From Spirochaetota bacterium (GTDB lineage Bacteria > Spirochaetota > UBA4802 > JAFGDQ01), in the NCBI GenBank assembly GCA_043803405.1, contig JAZDKB010000019.1, forward strand, positions 224,001-288,000: a stretch of DNA of 64,000 bases, given 5' to 3'. A program made the translations under genes and the position numbers. The notes below the pieces were generated by a model, which saw nothing but the letters and a program-made list of their open reading frames with translations, ran no database searches and was not told the origin of the DNA. Below, in pieces: positions 29,697 through 39,017 of the stretch. Position 1 is the first letter of the stretch. Each line of letters opens with the position of its first letter.

Positions 29697-31565
29697 TTAT
29701 TCTGCCGGTGTGTTGCAGAAAACAGTGGCATTGGTTTTTAATACTGAGTCCTCGTCGTTAAGAAGAGCTTCTATTCTTCCGAAATATTTCGGGAACTCAG
29801 ATCTAAGGTAGAACTGACCTGAAAGAACGCGTCCGTTATAGTAGGCAGCTTCCTGATTGTCTTTGAGAAATGCCTGAAGATCTGCGCCTTTTTTATCGCC
29901 TGCAAGCTGTTTAAACTTCGGTGTTGCCTTAACAAGTCCCCATAGTGTAAACCATGCATAAGTAAGCATTGTGAATGCTTCCTGGAGCGGTGTAGCGTTT
30001 GCAAGAATTTGCGGGATATTGCCGCCGGCCATTGCCTTTTTCATATTGTCTACTACCTGGTCCATTTCCGCAACGCCGCGTTCGACAATTGCCGCATATT
30101 TGTCGTCAATAACGCCTTTAGCTGCTGCTATAACCTCTTTTATGCGCTTCTTGTAAACACCATAGCTGTACTGCTCTTTATCCATAAGGAGCTTTCTCAT
30201 GGTCAGATCCATGGATTGAATCCCGTTAGTACCCTCGTACAGCGAAAGTATTTTAGAGTCCCTTGAGTACTGCGCTACCGGGTATTCCTCAACAAATCCG
30301 TACCCGCCATAAACCTGAATAGCCATACCAGTGACATCCCAGGACGTGTCAGTGTTTCCGGCTTTGTTGATAGGGATAAGGAATTCCAGCAATGCATTAG
30401 CTTCTTTCTTCGCTTCTCCATCCATTACGTGCATCAGGTCTGTCTGAAGCGCGCAGAAATAATGAAGGCTTCTCATAGCTTCCACTCTGGATTTCATGGA
30501 GAGAAGCATGCGTTTTACGTCCGGGTGATTTACGATCGGAACGCCCTTTGCGTCCGGGCTCTTCTGTGTAATATCTGCGCCCTGTACTCTGTTCTTTGCG
30601 TAGGTTGCAGCGTGCATATAGGCAGCGCTGGAAACAGATACGCCCTGGCCGCCGACATAGTGGCGCACCAGGTTCATCATCTGGAACATGATTGCCATGC
30701 CTTTCTGGCGGCCGCCCATGAGATAACCTTTGCATTTACCTTCGTCGCCAAAGCTCATGCTGCATGTGGCAGATGCCCTGATTCCCATCTTGTGTTCTAT
30801 ACCGCTGCAGACTACATCATTTCTGTCTTTTATACTGCCGTCGGGATTATAGTTCATTTTCGGAACAAAGAATATCGATATGCCCTTTGTTCCTGCGGAG
30901 TCTCCCTCAACGCGTGCAAGCACCGCGTGTGCGATGTTCTTGTAGTAGTTATTGTCGCCTGCTGTAATAAATATTTTATTGCCGCTTATTTTATATTCCG
31001 TATCGTTGATGGGGACGGCTTTGGTTTTAAGTGCGCCCACATCGCATCCGGCGTCGGGTTCTGTAAGGCACATTGTGCCGCCCCATTCGCCGCTTAGTAT
31101 CTTCGATATGATCATTTCTTTATCCGGCCCGTTATAGAAATGCTGAATAAGGGCAAGGGTCCCGAGAGAAAGAATAGTATACATTGTGAAAGCCACGCTG
31201 GCACAGGTAAAGAAATCCGTTGTAGCGGCAAAAATCGAATGCGGCATTCCCATGCCGCCGAGTTCCTGGTCAGTTGATATTCCCAGAAAACCCGCCTCAT
31301 AATAGGCCTTGAAACCAGGGAAGTACTCTTCGGGAATAATGACTTCCTTGGTGTCAGTTTTATACTGTGCGTGTGTTTTATCTGCGGTGGAGTTTGCAGG
31401 ATATACCTGTTCAACCGCGATCGTTTCAGCTAAATCGAGTACGCTGTCAAAAGTATCTCTGTCGAAGTCTGCGAATTTCTGGTGTTTCGTCAAAGAGTCG
31501 ATTTCAAGCATTTCGAAAAGTATGAACCGAACGTCCCTTGAATCAATAATAGGATTAACAGCCAT
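29697..31565 (-). CDS. Acyl-CoA dehydrogenase (long FadE5-like form)
   Basis: GTMCLTEPDAGCD, GNKIFIT, EHKMGIRAS, QVYGGYG, LYEGTNGIQ. Confidence 0.93.
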   Translation of the reverse strand: MAVNPIIDSRDVRFILFEMLEIDSLTKHQKFADFDRDTFDSVLDLAETIAVEQVYPANSTADKTHAQYKTDTKEVIIPEEYFPGFKAYYEAGFLGISTDQELGGMGMPHSIFAATTDFFTCASVAFTMYTILSLGTLALIQHFYNGPDKEMIISKILSGEWGGTMCLTEPDAGCDVGALKTKAVPINDTEYKISGNKIFITAGDNNYYKNIAHAVLARVEGDSAGTKGISIFFVPKMNYNPDGSIKDRNDVVCSGIEHKMGIRASATCSMSFGDEGKCKGYLMGGRQKGMAIMFQMMNLVRHYVGGQGVSVSSAAYMHAATYAKNRVQGADITQKSPDAKGVPIVNHPDVKRMLLSMKSRVEAMRSLHYFCALQTDLMHVMDGEAKKEANALLEFLIPINKAGNTDTSWDVTGMAIQVYGGYGFVEEYPVAQYSRDSKILSLYEGTNGIQSMDLTMRKLLMDKEQYSYGVYKKRIKEVIAAAKGVIDDKYAAIVERGVAEMDQVVDNMKKAMAGGNIPQILANATPLQEAFTMLTYAWFTLWGLVKATPKFKQLAGDKKGADLQAFLKDNQEAAYYNGRVLSGQFYLRSEFPKYFGRIEALLNDEDSVLKTNATVFCNTPAE

Positions 31566-31663
31566 GAAAAAAACCTCCTGATTGGAAAAATAGTGATTGC
31601 CGCTTTAAAAGCGGCTATATTATAGTGTCTGTTCAGACATATAGCGGCTCTGTTGGTTAAATA

Positions 31664-31843
31664 ATTGACGTCATGTGTGACTTTTTAATTAAAACGAAAT
31701 ATTTATTGATTTCCCTGGCGTGAAACTTTTGTGTTTATTGCTTTAAGGTTAGCGGCAGCTTTGTCGGATGCTTTGAAATTCATAAATATTTTTTTAAGTA
31801 ATTAAGCATTAAGGTTTTTTAAAAAGTCGCACATTGCGTTAAT
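31664..31843. repeat. Nested palindromic intergenic element (MITE-like), family B
   Basis: Outer IR 31664-31688/31819-31843 (21/25), inner IR 31697-31713/31775-31791 (15/17). Confidence 0.65.
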
Positions 31844-31873
31844 AATCAGAAAAATTAATGTTTTTATCCAACC

Positions 31874-31913
31874 CAACACCAGAGGTGTATGGGGGGTAAC
31901 ACCTCTGGTGTTG
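31874..31913. terminator. Strong hairpin downstream of the symporter gene
   Basis: caacaccagaggtgt-atggggggta-acacctctggtgttg, perfect 15-bp stem; no clear U-tract on the minus strand. Confidence 0.55.
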
Positions 31914-31941
31914 TTGGGGGTTTGGATTCTATTAATATTGA

Positions 31942-33438
31942 TTATTTCTGGGCACCCATTTGTGCACGTTCAGCTTTAGAATGCTCCAAAAGATAATCTT
32001 CCAGATCTTCAAAAAACTTCTTCTGTGTCTCTTTAGATACAGGCTCAGTTGCAAGACTTATTACTACATAAAGAATTATATCAACAAAAAGGGGCACAAA
32101 AATCGGGTGGAACCCGAGAAGCGCCGGTTTATAGAAGAAAGACCCGACTATAAGCCATATCAGACCAACAACTATTCCTGTTATTGCTCCCTGTTTGTTG
32201 CCTCTTTTCCAGATTACGCCGCCAACCAGCGCAGGCGCCCACAGAGCGAAACCGGGCGATGCTATATTGCTGAGCAGAAGGCCAAGTTCTGCCGGCCGTG
32301 CGATGGCAAGCAAAAAGCTCAGAATAGCAGCAACAACCATTCCGACCCTTGAATACAGCTTCAGTTTGCGGTCGTCCGATCCTGTTATAGCATACAGAAT
32401 ATCTCTTGAAACCAATACACCTGAAACCATCAGCTGTGTAGCTACAGTCGAAATGGCTGCAGCCAGTACTGCGAGCAGTGTGGCGCCGGCAGCCCATGCA
32501 GGGAGATATTTTGAAATGGCAATCTGAACAACAGCATCAGATGCTTTGCCTGTTAAACCGGGTACAAGTACCGGACAAATAAGATAGCCCCATATTGCTG
32601 CTATATTGCAGAAAACTAAAGCAAAAAGAAGCATCGCAACCATCATTTTACGTGTTGCAACAAGGCTCTTTGACTGCATTGTGCTTATAACTATATGCGG
32701 CCATGCGAATACCGTGCATCCCGCGAGAGCCAGGCCAATTAAAGTCTGCGTTTTCCATGCTCCGACAGGTCCCGGTACGCCCAATAGTCCGGGCTTTATT
32801 TCCTGAACCTTTGTTGCTAAATCTGTAAGGCTTGTATTGTCCGTAGCTACCATAACCCAAACAAGGAAGCCCCAGAATGTGATTGTAAATATTAAACCGA
32901 GTAAAACGTTAAGCCATGCCACACTTTTTGTTCCGCCGATGAGGCATATAAGAAGCATTATGACTGTCATATATGCTGCACCGAACCAGAAAGGCAGGTC
33001 AAGAGCCGCTTTCATACCTGCGCCGATTCCTACAGCCTGAAGTCCAAGGTATGGAAAGAGGAATAATACAAGAAGACCGCCTACAAGTACTCTGACAGTA
33101 TTAGACTGGTAGCGCTCACCCAGGTATTCAACCGGCGACAGAAAACCGTATTTTTTTCCGCCAGCCCAAAGTTTGGGGCCTATCATAATGTATAAAAAGG
33201 CAAATGAAGTAAAAGAGAAGAAAAGCATAAATCCCGGACCTGTATTATATATTGTTCCAGGAAAGCCGTAAAATGTCCACGCGCTCGAAATAGCAAAATA
33301 TACATAAAAAAACAGAACAAACGTCCCGATCGCCCTTCCTGCGAGAAGGTAGTCGGCTGCGGTCTTGTTAGACAACTTATACCCATAGGCGCTTATAAGA
33401 ACCAGTAGAACCCCGAGTATCAGAATTATCCAAAGCAT
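31942..33438 (-). CDS. Sodium:solute symporter family protein
   Basis: Many TM helices, DYLLAGR, SAWTFYGFPG, SPVEYLGERYQS, LAAAIST motifs. Confidence 0.9.
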   Translation of the reverse strand: MLWIILILGVLLVLISAYGYKLSNKTAADYLLAGRAIGTFVLFFYVYFAISSAWTFYGFPGTIYNTGPGFMLFFSFTSFAFLYIMIGPKLWAGGKKYGFLSPVEYLGERYQSNTVRVLVGGLLVLFLFPYLGLQAVGIGAGMKAALDLPFWFGAAYMTVIMLLICLIGGTKSVAWLNVLLGLIFTITFWGFLVWVMVATDNTSLTDLATKVQEIKPGLLGVPGPVGAWKTQTLIGLALAGCTVFAWPHIVISTMQSKSLVATRKMMVAMLLFALVFCNIAAIWGYLICPVLVPGLTGKASDAVVQIAISKYLPAWAAGATLLAVLAAAISTVATQLMVSGVLVSRDILYAITGSDDRKLKLYSRVGMVVAAILSFLLAIARPAELGLLLSNIASPGFALWAPALVGGVIWKRGNKQGAITGIVVGLIWLIVGSFFYKPALLGFHPIFVPLFVDIILYVVISLATEPVSKETQKKFFEDLEDYLLEHSKAERAQMGAQK

Positions 33439-33493
33439 AGTATCCTCCTAGTTTTTGTGTTTTTTTTGTTTTTGTAATGATCCATCCTGCAAC

Positions 33494-33712
33494 TTAACGA
33501 TACGGCCAGTATTTACTTGTGTAAACCCAGAAAGATACGAGCCATACAATGGTCTGTAGGTTGTAAAAAACTACCACGAGCGGCATCCAACCAAACAGCA
33601 GATATGTAGTATCCTGAATAACAACAGGAAGGATAAATACATACCAGATTACGCTTAGGGCCAATATCCATAAAAGAGTTTTACCCGGCGCATGACTTGT
33701 TATTTCTCTCAT
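33494..33712 (-). CDS. Small 2-TM symporter partner protein (DUF3311/DUF485-like)
   Basis: AAGGAGG RBS, two TM helices with LFGWMP, immediately upstream of the symporter. Confidence 0.7.
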   Translation of the reverse strand: MREITSHAPGKTLLWILALSVIWYVFILPVVIQDTTYLLFGWMPLVVVFYNLQTIVWLVSFWVYTSKYWPYR

Positions 33713-34087
33713 AAGAAAACCTCCTTATTTAGTGTTATCCGGTAAAAATTATTTTACCCGGCTGTAGCTCCAGATTAATTGTAAATTGTTAAAATGGGTA
33801 TAGATAGAGGTTAAATATTTTACAAAAAAGTTTGCTGCCATCGGATTCTGCTTAACTGCATTATCCGGAAAATCTTTTATATTTACATTGCGCATTTGGT
33901 TTTCTTTGGTTAAAATTTTACTTATATTTTTTATGCTGTGTGAATGCTGCTTTTCAGAATCATTTGCCCTGTTCAGCACATATCCTTTTTAATCTGTTGT
34001 TTTTTGCTTTTGGGCAGACTTGTACTCTTTTCATTTTATGTTTATGCAATTGAAATGTTTGATTGTTATTTGCTCTATATGATATAG

Positions 34088-34127
34088 TTATCGATTGATC
34101 GGTAGAATTATCGATTGATCGGTAGAA
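34088..34127. promoter_or_regulatory. 20-bp perfect tandem duplication of a quasi-palindromic operator-like sequence
   Basis: TTATCGATTGATCGGTAGAA x2 in the region upstream of the symporter operon. Confidence 0.55.
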
Positions 34128-34711
34128 CATACGGTAAAAAAAGTCAACTATATTTTTTAAATTTTCTAACATTTTTTTGGGATTAAAATTAAGTTTTCGG
34201 CGAAATGATTTTTAACACGATATAACTTATCATTAAATTACCTTAAAATCGGATATTTTACAAATTTTAACCGGTACCGGTCAAATGCTTATGCAAAATG
34301 CTCGAAACAAGATTTTGATACGTTATGACTTACGGTTTGTTTTTAGTTTTGAAATCGTATTACCCGCACTAATCCATTTCGCCTTTTTTGAAGGATTAAA
34401 AAGGCCGCTATTTCTTATTTAAATTTTGCGGATTTATGTTTTTGAATTATATATTAGTTGAAAAACTGATCTTTTAAGTTTTAATGTATACAGTTATATT
34501 TTAAATGTCAATAATAAGTTATTCAGCTTGACTGATTTTTTAGTTTTTTTTGAGATGAGTTATAGTAATATTTTTCCCCTAAAGCATATATACTATATGA
34601 GAGTGTCCGGCAGCATGAAAATTTTTTGTTTACGACACCTTGCACAAATTCGATTATTTTAATAATTGGGAAGTTAAATCACTATAAAATTAACTTAAAG
34701 CGGTAATTACA

Positions 34712-35869
34712 ATGCCATTATATACATTAATAGCAACAAGCGCTTTCGGCCTTGAATCGGTAGTTGCAACCGAGCTTAGAGATTTGGGATACAACAATTT
34801 AAAGACAGAAGACGGGAAAGTGACCTTTTCCGGAGATAATATTGATATTGTGCGCTGCAATCTGTGGCTGCGTTGCGCGGACAGGCTGCTTATAAAAATG
34901 GCAGAGTTCAGGGCAATGGATTTCGAGGAGCTTTTTCAGGGCGCGTTTGCAGTCCGCTGGGAAAAGCTTATTCCGGAAAACGGCGTTATGCACGTTACAG
35001 GAAAATCGGTAAGGTCACAGCTGCACAGCGTGCCCGACTGCCAGGCAATAGTAAAAAAAGCGGTTATTGAAGCAATGAAGCGCAAATACAATAAAGACAT
35101 TTTCAAAGAAGACGGGCCTGTTTTCAGAATTGAAGTTGCCATGCTGAAGGATGTCGCTACTTTATCAATAGATACAAGCGGAAACGGCCTTCACAAGCGA
35201 GGCTACGGGCAAACGAGGGGAGAGGCTCCTTTAAGAGAAACGCTTGCTGCTGCGCTTGTTAAGCTGAGCAAATGGGATGCCTCAAGAACTTTTGTAGATC
35301 CTATGTGCGGTTCCGGCACAATAGTTATTGAAGCAGCGCTTATAGGGAACAATATTGCGCCCGGGCTAAGGAGGACTTTCGCTTCGGAGAACTGGCCTGC
35401 CATTCCTAAGAAGATCTGGGACACTATGCGCGCGGAAGCTGAAGAGAAAATTACGGATATTCCGCTTTCCATATTCGCATCGGACATGGACAGTACGGTT
35501 TTTAAACAGGCTGTGGAGAATGCTGAAAAAGCCGGGGTTCAAAGCAGCATAACATTCCAGAAAAAGCCCATCGAAGAATTCAGTTCTAAGAAGAAATATG
35601 GCTGTATAATATGCAATCCGCCTTACGGGGAGCGTCTTGGTGACAAAGACAGTGCTGAAGAATTGTACAGAACAATGGGCAATATCTTTTTAAAACTGGA
35701 CACATGGTCGTTTTTTATTCTAACTTCGCACCCTGAATTTCAACGGCACTTCGGAAAAGAATCTACCAAGAACCGGAAGCTTTATAACGGGAAAATCAAA
35801 TGCTATTTTTACCAGTATTTCGGGCCTCTGCCTAATAAGCATACCAAAGAAATCAATAATCCGGCATAA
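34712..35869 (+). CDS. THUMP-domain RNA methyltransferase (RlmL/YpsC type)
   Basis: FGLESVV, NLWLRCADR, GLHKRGY, APLRETLAA, DPMCGSGT, NPPYGER. Confidence 0.9.
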   Translation: MPLYTLIATSAFGLESVVATELRDLGYNNLKTEDGKVTFSGDNIDIVRCNLWLRCADRLLIKMAEFRAMDFEELFQGAFAVRWEKLIPENGVMHVTGKSVRSQLHSVPDCQAIVKKAVIEAMKRKYNKDIFKEDGPVFRIEVAMLKDVATLSIDTSGNGLHKRGYGQTRGEAPLRETLAAALVKLSKWDASRTFVDPMCGSGTIVIEAALIGNNIAPGLRRTFASENWPAIPKKIWDTMRAEAEEKITDIPLSIFASDMDSTVFKQAVENAEKAGVQSSITFQKKPIEEFSSKKKYGCIICNPPYGERLGDKDSAEELYRTMGNIFLKLDTWSFFILTSHPEFQRHFGKESTKNRKLYNGKIKCYFYQYFGPLPNKHTKEINNPA

Positions 35870-36045
35870 ATATGCCGATAAATAGAAAAAGATATATATT
35901 ATAACATCATGTGTGACTATTAGAAAAAATAAATATTGTGATATTTACATTAAACAAAAAAAGTCGTATATAAAAATATTTCCCGGGAGTGCTTTATTAT
36001 GACTTTAGTAGATTTTAGGACGCGCTCTTAAACCAAATTAAAATT

Positions 36046-37644
36046 ATGACAACATTACTGGCAATATTATTAATTTTTATACTTGTGTTGGTGATCTGGG
36101 CCCTTTTCGGGAAAGGAGGAGGGTCTGTAAAAGATCAGGAAACAAAACCGGAAGCCGGGGAGACTCCGTTAAGGCGCAGAGCCGCGGATAAGGCGATTGA
36201 AGAACAGTTCCCGGACGCAGAAATCCACCCGTTCAGAAGAAAGGAAGATATTGAAGCGCTTGAAGAGATAAGCAAGGTAGACGAGGATTTCAAGCTTCCG
36301 TATTCTGCGAATGAAATAATTCCCGAAGGCTCTAAATACTGGGTGTACAACAGAATATTAATGAATTCCGAGATATATGCAAGGAAAGGGGATTTTCCTA
36401 CTGCCATATCGCTTTATAAAGGCGTTTACGAGAGAATTATCGATCAGCAGGTCAACGACAAGATCAGAACCAATGTCGATTATCTGCAGGAATACCAGAA
36501 AGCCCGGATTCAGAAACAAAGCGAAGCTGCAAGAATAAAGGCAATAGAAAAAAACACAGAGAAGAAAGGAAACGAGATTAAGCTTTCCCTCGACGGTCCT
36601 ATCAAGATTCCGGATAGAATAGAGATAGCATTAACACAGCCTTTGCAGGAGCCGGCTCCCAAATTCGATATTGATAAAATAGTTGATGAGATTGCCGAAA
36701 AAATAGCTGCCAAAGCATTAAAGGAAGCAAAAGCCGATCAATCCGAACTTGAGGATTTAAAAGCGAAAAGCGAAGAAGTTTCTAAACTAAAAGACGGGCT
36801 GTCGAAGCTGCAGGACAGGCTTTTCGATATGCATTACGAGGGAGAGGAAACCAAAAAGGAATTCGAGGAGCTTAAGTCCAGGCTTGAAGAAGCTGGGGAA
36901 GCGGGAGAAGCCGAAAAAGAAAAACCTGCTCTTGAAGAAGCAAAATTCCAGATGCAGGTGCCTAAGCCGAAATTAGTAGAACCGCCGGAAGAAGAACCTG
37001 AAGAATTGGAAGAAGAGAAAGCTGAAACTCCCGAAGAGCCTGAACCCATAGCGGAAGAACCGGAGAAAAAGGTTGAGGAAGTTCTTAGAAAGGTTGAAGA
37101 CAAAGAAGACGACAAGGAAGAAGTCGAACTTCTGAGCCAGTTTGAAAAAGAAGAGGAGCTGTCCGCATTATCAGATGAAGATATTTTTGAGAAAATTTTA
37201 CGCGATGATATTGCCAAGAAGAAAGACGAAAGTTTTGAAATAGTAGGTTATAACAAGGGCGATGAAGCTCACTCGGACGATTTAAACGACAGGGAACTGG
37301 AAGAGAAGCAAAAAGAAGAGGAACAATTTTACAGAAAATTCCTGCGTCACGGCAAAAGGGTCAGGAAAGAGCTGCCCATTTTAAAAGTAAGCTTCGATTT
37401 CTCCAAGCTCCCGGATGAGTTCGGATTATCCAAGGATCAGAATATCCTTCAATATTCTTTTTATAAGTTCAAGCCCATGCTGGAAAAGGCGAATGAGTAT
37501 ATCAGAAGAAGGAATGTGCGTGAAGCTATAAATTATTACAATGTAGTGAAAGATCAGAACATACCGCCGGCATTCAAGGTTATGCTGGATAAGAATATCA
37601 GCGAGCTGACGGAGTATATAGAAAAGTATCTTGCTGCGGATTAA
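36046..37644 (+). CDS. Membrane-anchored acidic coiled-coil protein with two TPR-like repeat modules
   Basis: Single N-terminal TM, Glu/Pro-rich central region, duplicated helical module near both ends. Confidence 0.7.
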   Translation: MTTLLAILLIFILVLVIWALFGKGGGSVKDQETKPEAGETPLRRRAADKAIEEQFPDAEIHPFRRKEDIEALEEISKVDEDFKLPYSANEIIPEGSKYWVYNRILMNSEIYARKGDFPTAISLYKGVYERIIDQQVNDKIRTNVDYLQEYQKARIQKQSEAARIKAIEKNTEKKGNEIKLSLDGPIKIPDRIEIALTQPLQEPAPKFDIDKIVDEIAEKIAAKALKEAKADQSELEDLKAKSEEVSKLKDGLSKLQDRLFDMHYEGEETKKEFEELKSRLEEAGEAGEAEKEKPALEEAKFQMQVPKPKLVEPPEEEPEELEEEKAETPEEPEPIAEEPEKKVEEVLRKVEDKEDDKEEVELLSQFEKEEELSALSDEDIFEKILRDDIAKKKDESFEIVGYNKGDEAHSDDLNDRELEEKQKEEEQFYRKFLRHGKRVRKELPILKVSFDFSKLPDEFGLSKDQNILQYSFYKFKPMLEKANEYIRRRNVREAINYYNVVKDQNIPPAFKVMLDKNISELTEYIEKYLAAD

Positions 37645-37729
37645 GCGTGCCTACAACCATTGTTTTGTAATATATTGATTAACATAATCTTCTAATGGAC
37701 ATATCATAAATAATTTTTTTGATAACGCA

Positions 37730-38338
37730 ATGAACGAACCTATCGGACTAGTATTTGCTACAAACATTGAATCGGAACCGTTTGTGAAGGGACTATGCCT
37801 GGAGCAGATAGAAAATAAACCTTTCGGGATTTATTCCGGGGACCGCTATTATCTTGTTAATGCAGGTATAGGCAAAGCAAACGCCGCTATGGCTGCATCG
37901 TATCTTATTTATAAATATAATACAAAAATAATTTTTAACATAGGCGCCGCAGGATCAACAACAACAGGGAAAAAGCTGGGCGATATCTTTCATATTGAAA
38001 AAGCAGTTGAATATGACAGGCCAAAAATTTTCTCCAAGGGCATCAGGATACTCGAACCTGATATGCTGGAAGGATTCAGCACAGCGACGTTAGCTACTCA
38101 GGACAAACCAGTGATCTCTCCGCAGGACAGGCTCGATATATCGATACACGCAGATCTTGTCGACATGGAAGGCGCGTCCGTTATACAGGCATGCAGGCTT
38201 TTCGGAGCCAGATGCTTTTTGTTTAAAATAGTAACCGATACTCCTCTGCACGAAGAAGCTGATATTATAAAAAATGTAAAAAATACGGCAGTAAAAATGT
38301 TCGAATTTTTTAAAGCTGCAGTGTTGAAAAATATTTAA
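37730..38338 (+). CDS. MTA/SAH nucleosidase / purine nucleoside phosphorylase family protein
   Basis: AGIGKANAA, NIGAAGS, VDMEGAS, KIVTD motifs. Confidence 0.8.
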   Translation: MNEPIGLVFATNIESEPFVKGLCLEQIENKPFGIYSGDRYYLVNAGIGKANAAMAASYLIYKYNTKIIFNIGAAGSTTTGKKLGDIFHIEKAVEYDRPKIFSKGIRILEPDMLEGFSTATLATQDKPVISPQDRLDISIHADLVDMEGASVIQACRLFGARCFLFKIVTDTPLHEEADIIKNVKNTAVKMFEFFKAAVLKNI

Positions 38339-38351
38339 TAAAAAAATAAAT

Positions 38352-38380
38352 TTGACTTTTTTTAAACCTGCAATTATAAT
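38352..38380 (+). promoter_or_regulatory. Sigma70-type promoter of the TA module
   Basis: TTGACT-N17-TATAAT, 9 nt before the antitoxin ATG. Confidence 0.7.
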
Positions 38381-38389
38381 ATTTGATAT

Positions 38390-38620
38390 ATGAAGCTATC
38401 AATTAAGAACATACGGGATAACGCTCTGGCTTTACCGTGTATTGAGCGCACAATTCTTATTCGCGATTTGTTATTAAGCTTAGAAGAAGAGTACGATTTC
38501 AATTTAGAGCAGAAGTATGAAGCCGGAATTAAGAGAAGACTGGAATCGGTTAAAGACGGCTCCGCAGAAGCTTATTCCGCAAATACTGTATTTCAGAAGA
38601 TAAAAAAGAATTGCCTGTGA
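38390..38620 (+). CDS. Putative addiction-module antitoxin
   Basis: ALALP..ER..L...LLLSL...IKRRLE...G pattern typical of ParE-associated addiction module components. Confidence 0.72.
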   Translation: MKLSIKNIRDNALALPCIERTILIRDLLLSLEEEYDFNLEQKYEAGIKRRLESVKDGSAEAYSANTVFQKIKKNCL

Positions 38621-38940
38621 CCGACATTAAAATACTTTCCGATGCCCAGCTTGCTTTAATGAATGCCGTTAGATTGTACGAGGAAAAATCTAAAGGCCTT
38701 GGGATGCGTTTATTAAGCGAGATTGAATCTTCCCTGGAAATAATAAGAAGATTCCCCGAATGCTGTCCTGTCCGCAGCGACGACACACGCAGGTATTTAA
38801 TAAATCGATTTCCTTATCTTATAATATATACATTCCATAAAAAAAAGATATGGTTTCTGTCTTTTAGTCAGTGCAGGAGAAAACCTGAATACTGGATAAA
38901 CAGAATGAAAAACGAGTTTCAGGCTGCTTCTTCCCTCTAA
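38617..38940 (+). CDS. RelE/ParE family toxin
   Basis: YEEKSKGLGMRL, RRYLINRFPYLIIY, RRKPEYW; GTGA overlap with the antitoxin stop. Confidence 0.82.
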   Translation: MTDIKILSDAQLALMNAVRLYEEKSKGLGMRLLSEIESSLEIIRRFPECCPVRSDDTRRYLINRFPYLIIYTFHKKKIWFLSFSQCRRKPEYWINRMKNEFQAASSL

Positions 38941-38980
38941 TAAAGATTGTTCCTTTTGTTGATAATAATTTATTATTATC

Positions 38981-39009
38981 CGGCATGACAGCGGAGGCTG
39001 CGCATGCCG
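38981..39009. terminator. GC hairpin between the convergent toxin and SPFH genes
   Basis: cggcatg-a-cagc-ggag-gctg-cg-catgccg. Confidence 0.45.
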
Positions 39010-39017
39010 TAAATCGG

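Noticed and set aside
33749..34172. Two short minus-strand ORFs in the long intergenic region
   Set aside because: No recognisable motif or clear RBS; composition typical of AT-rich non-coding DNA
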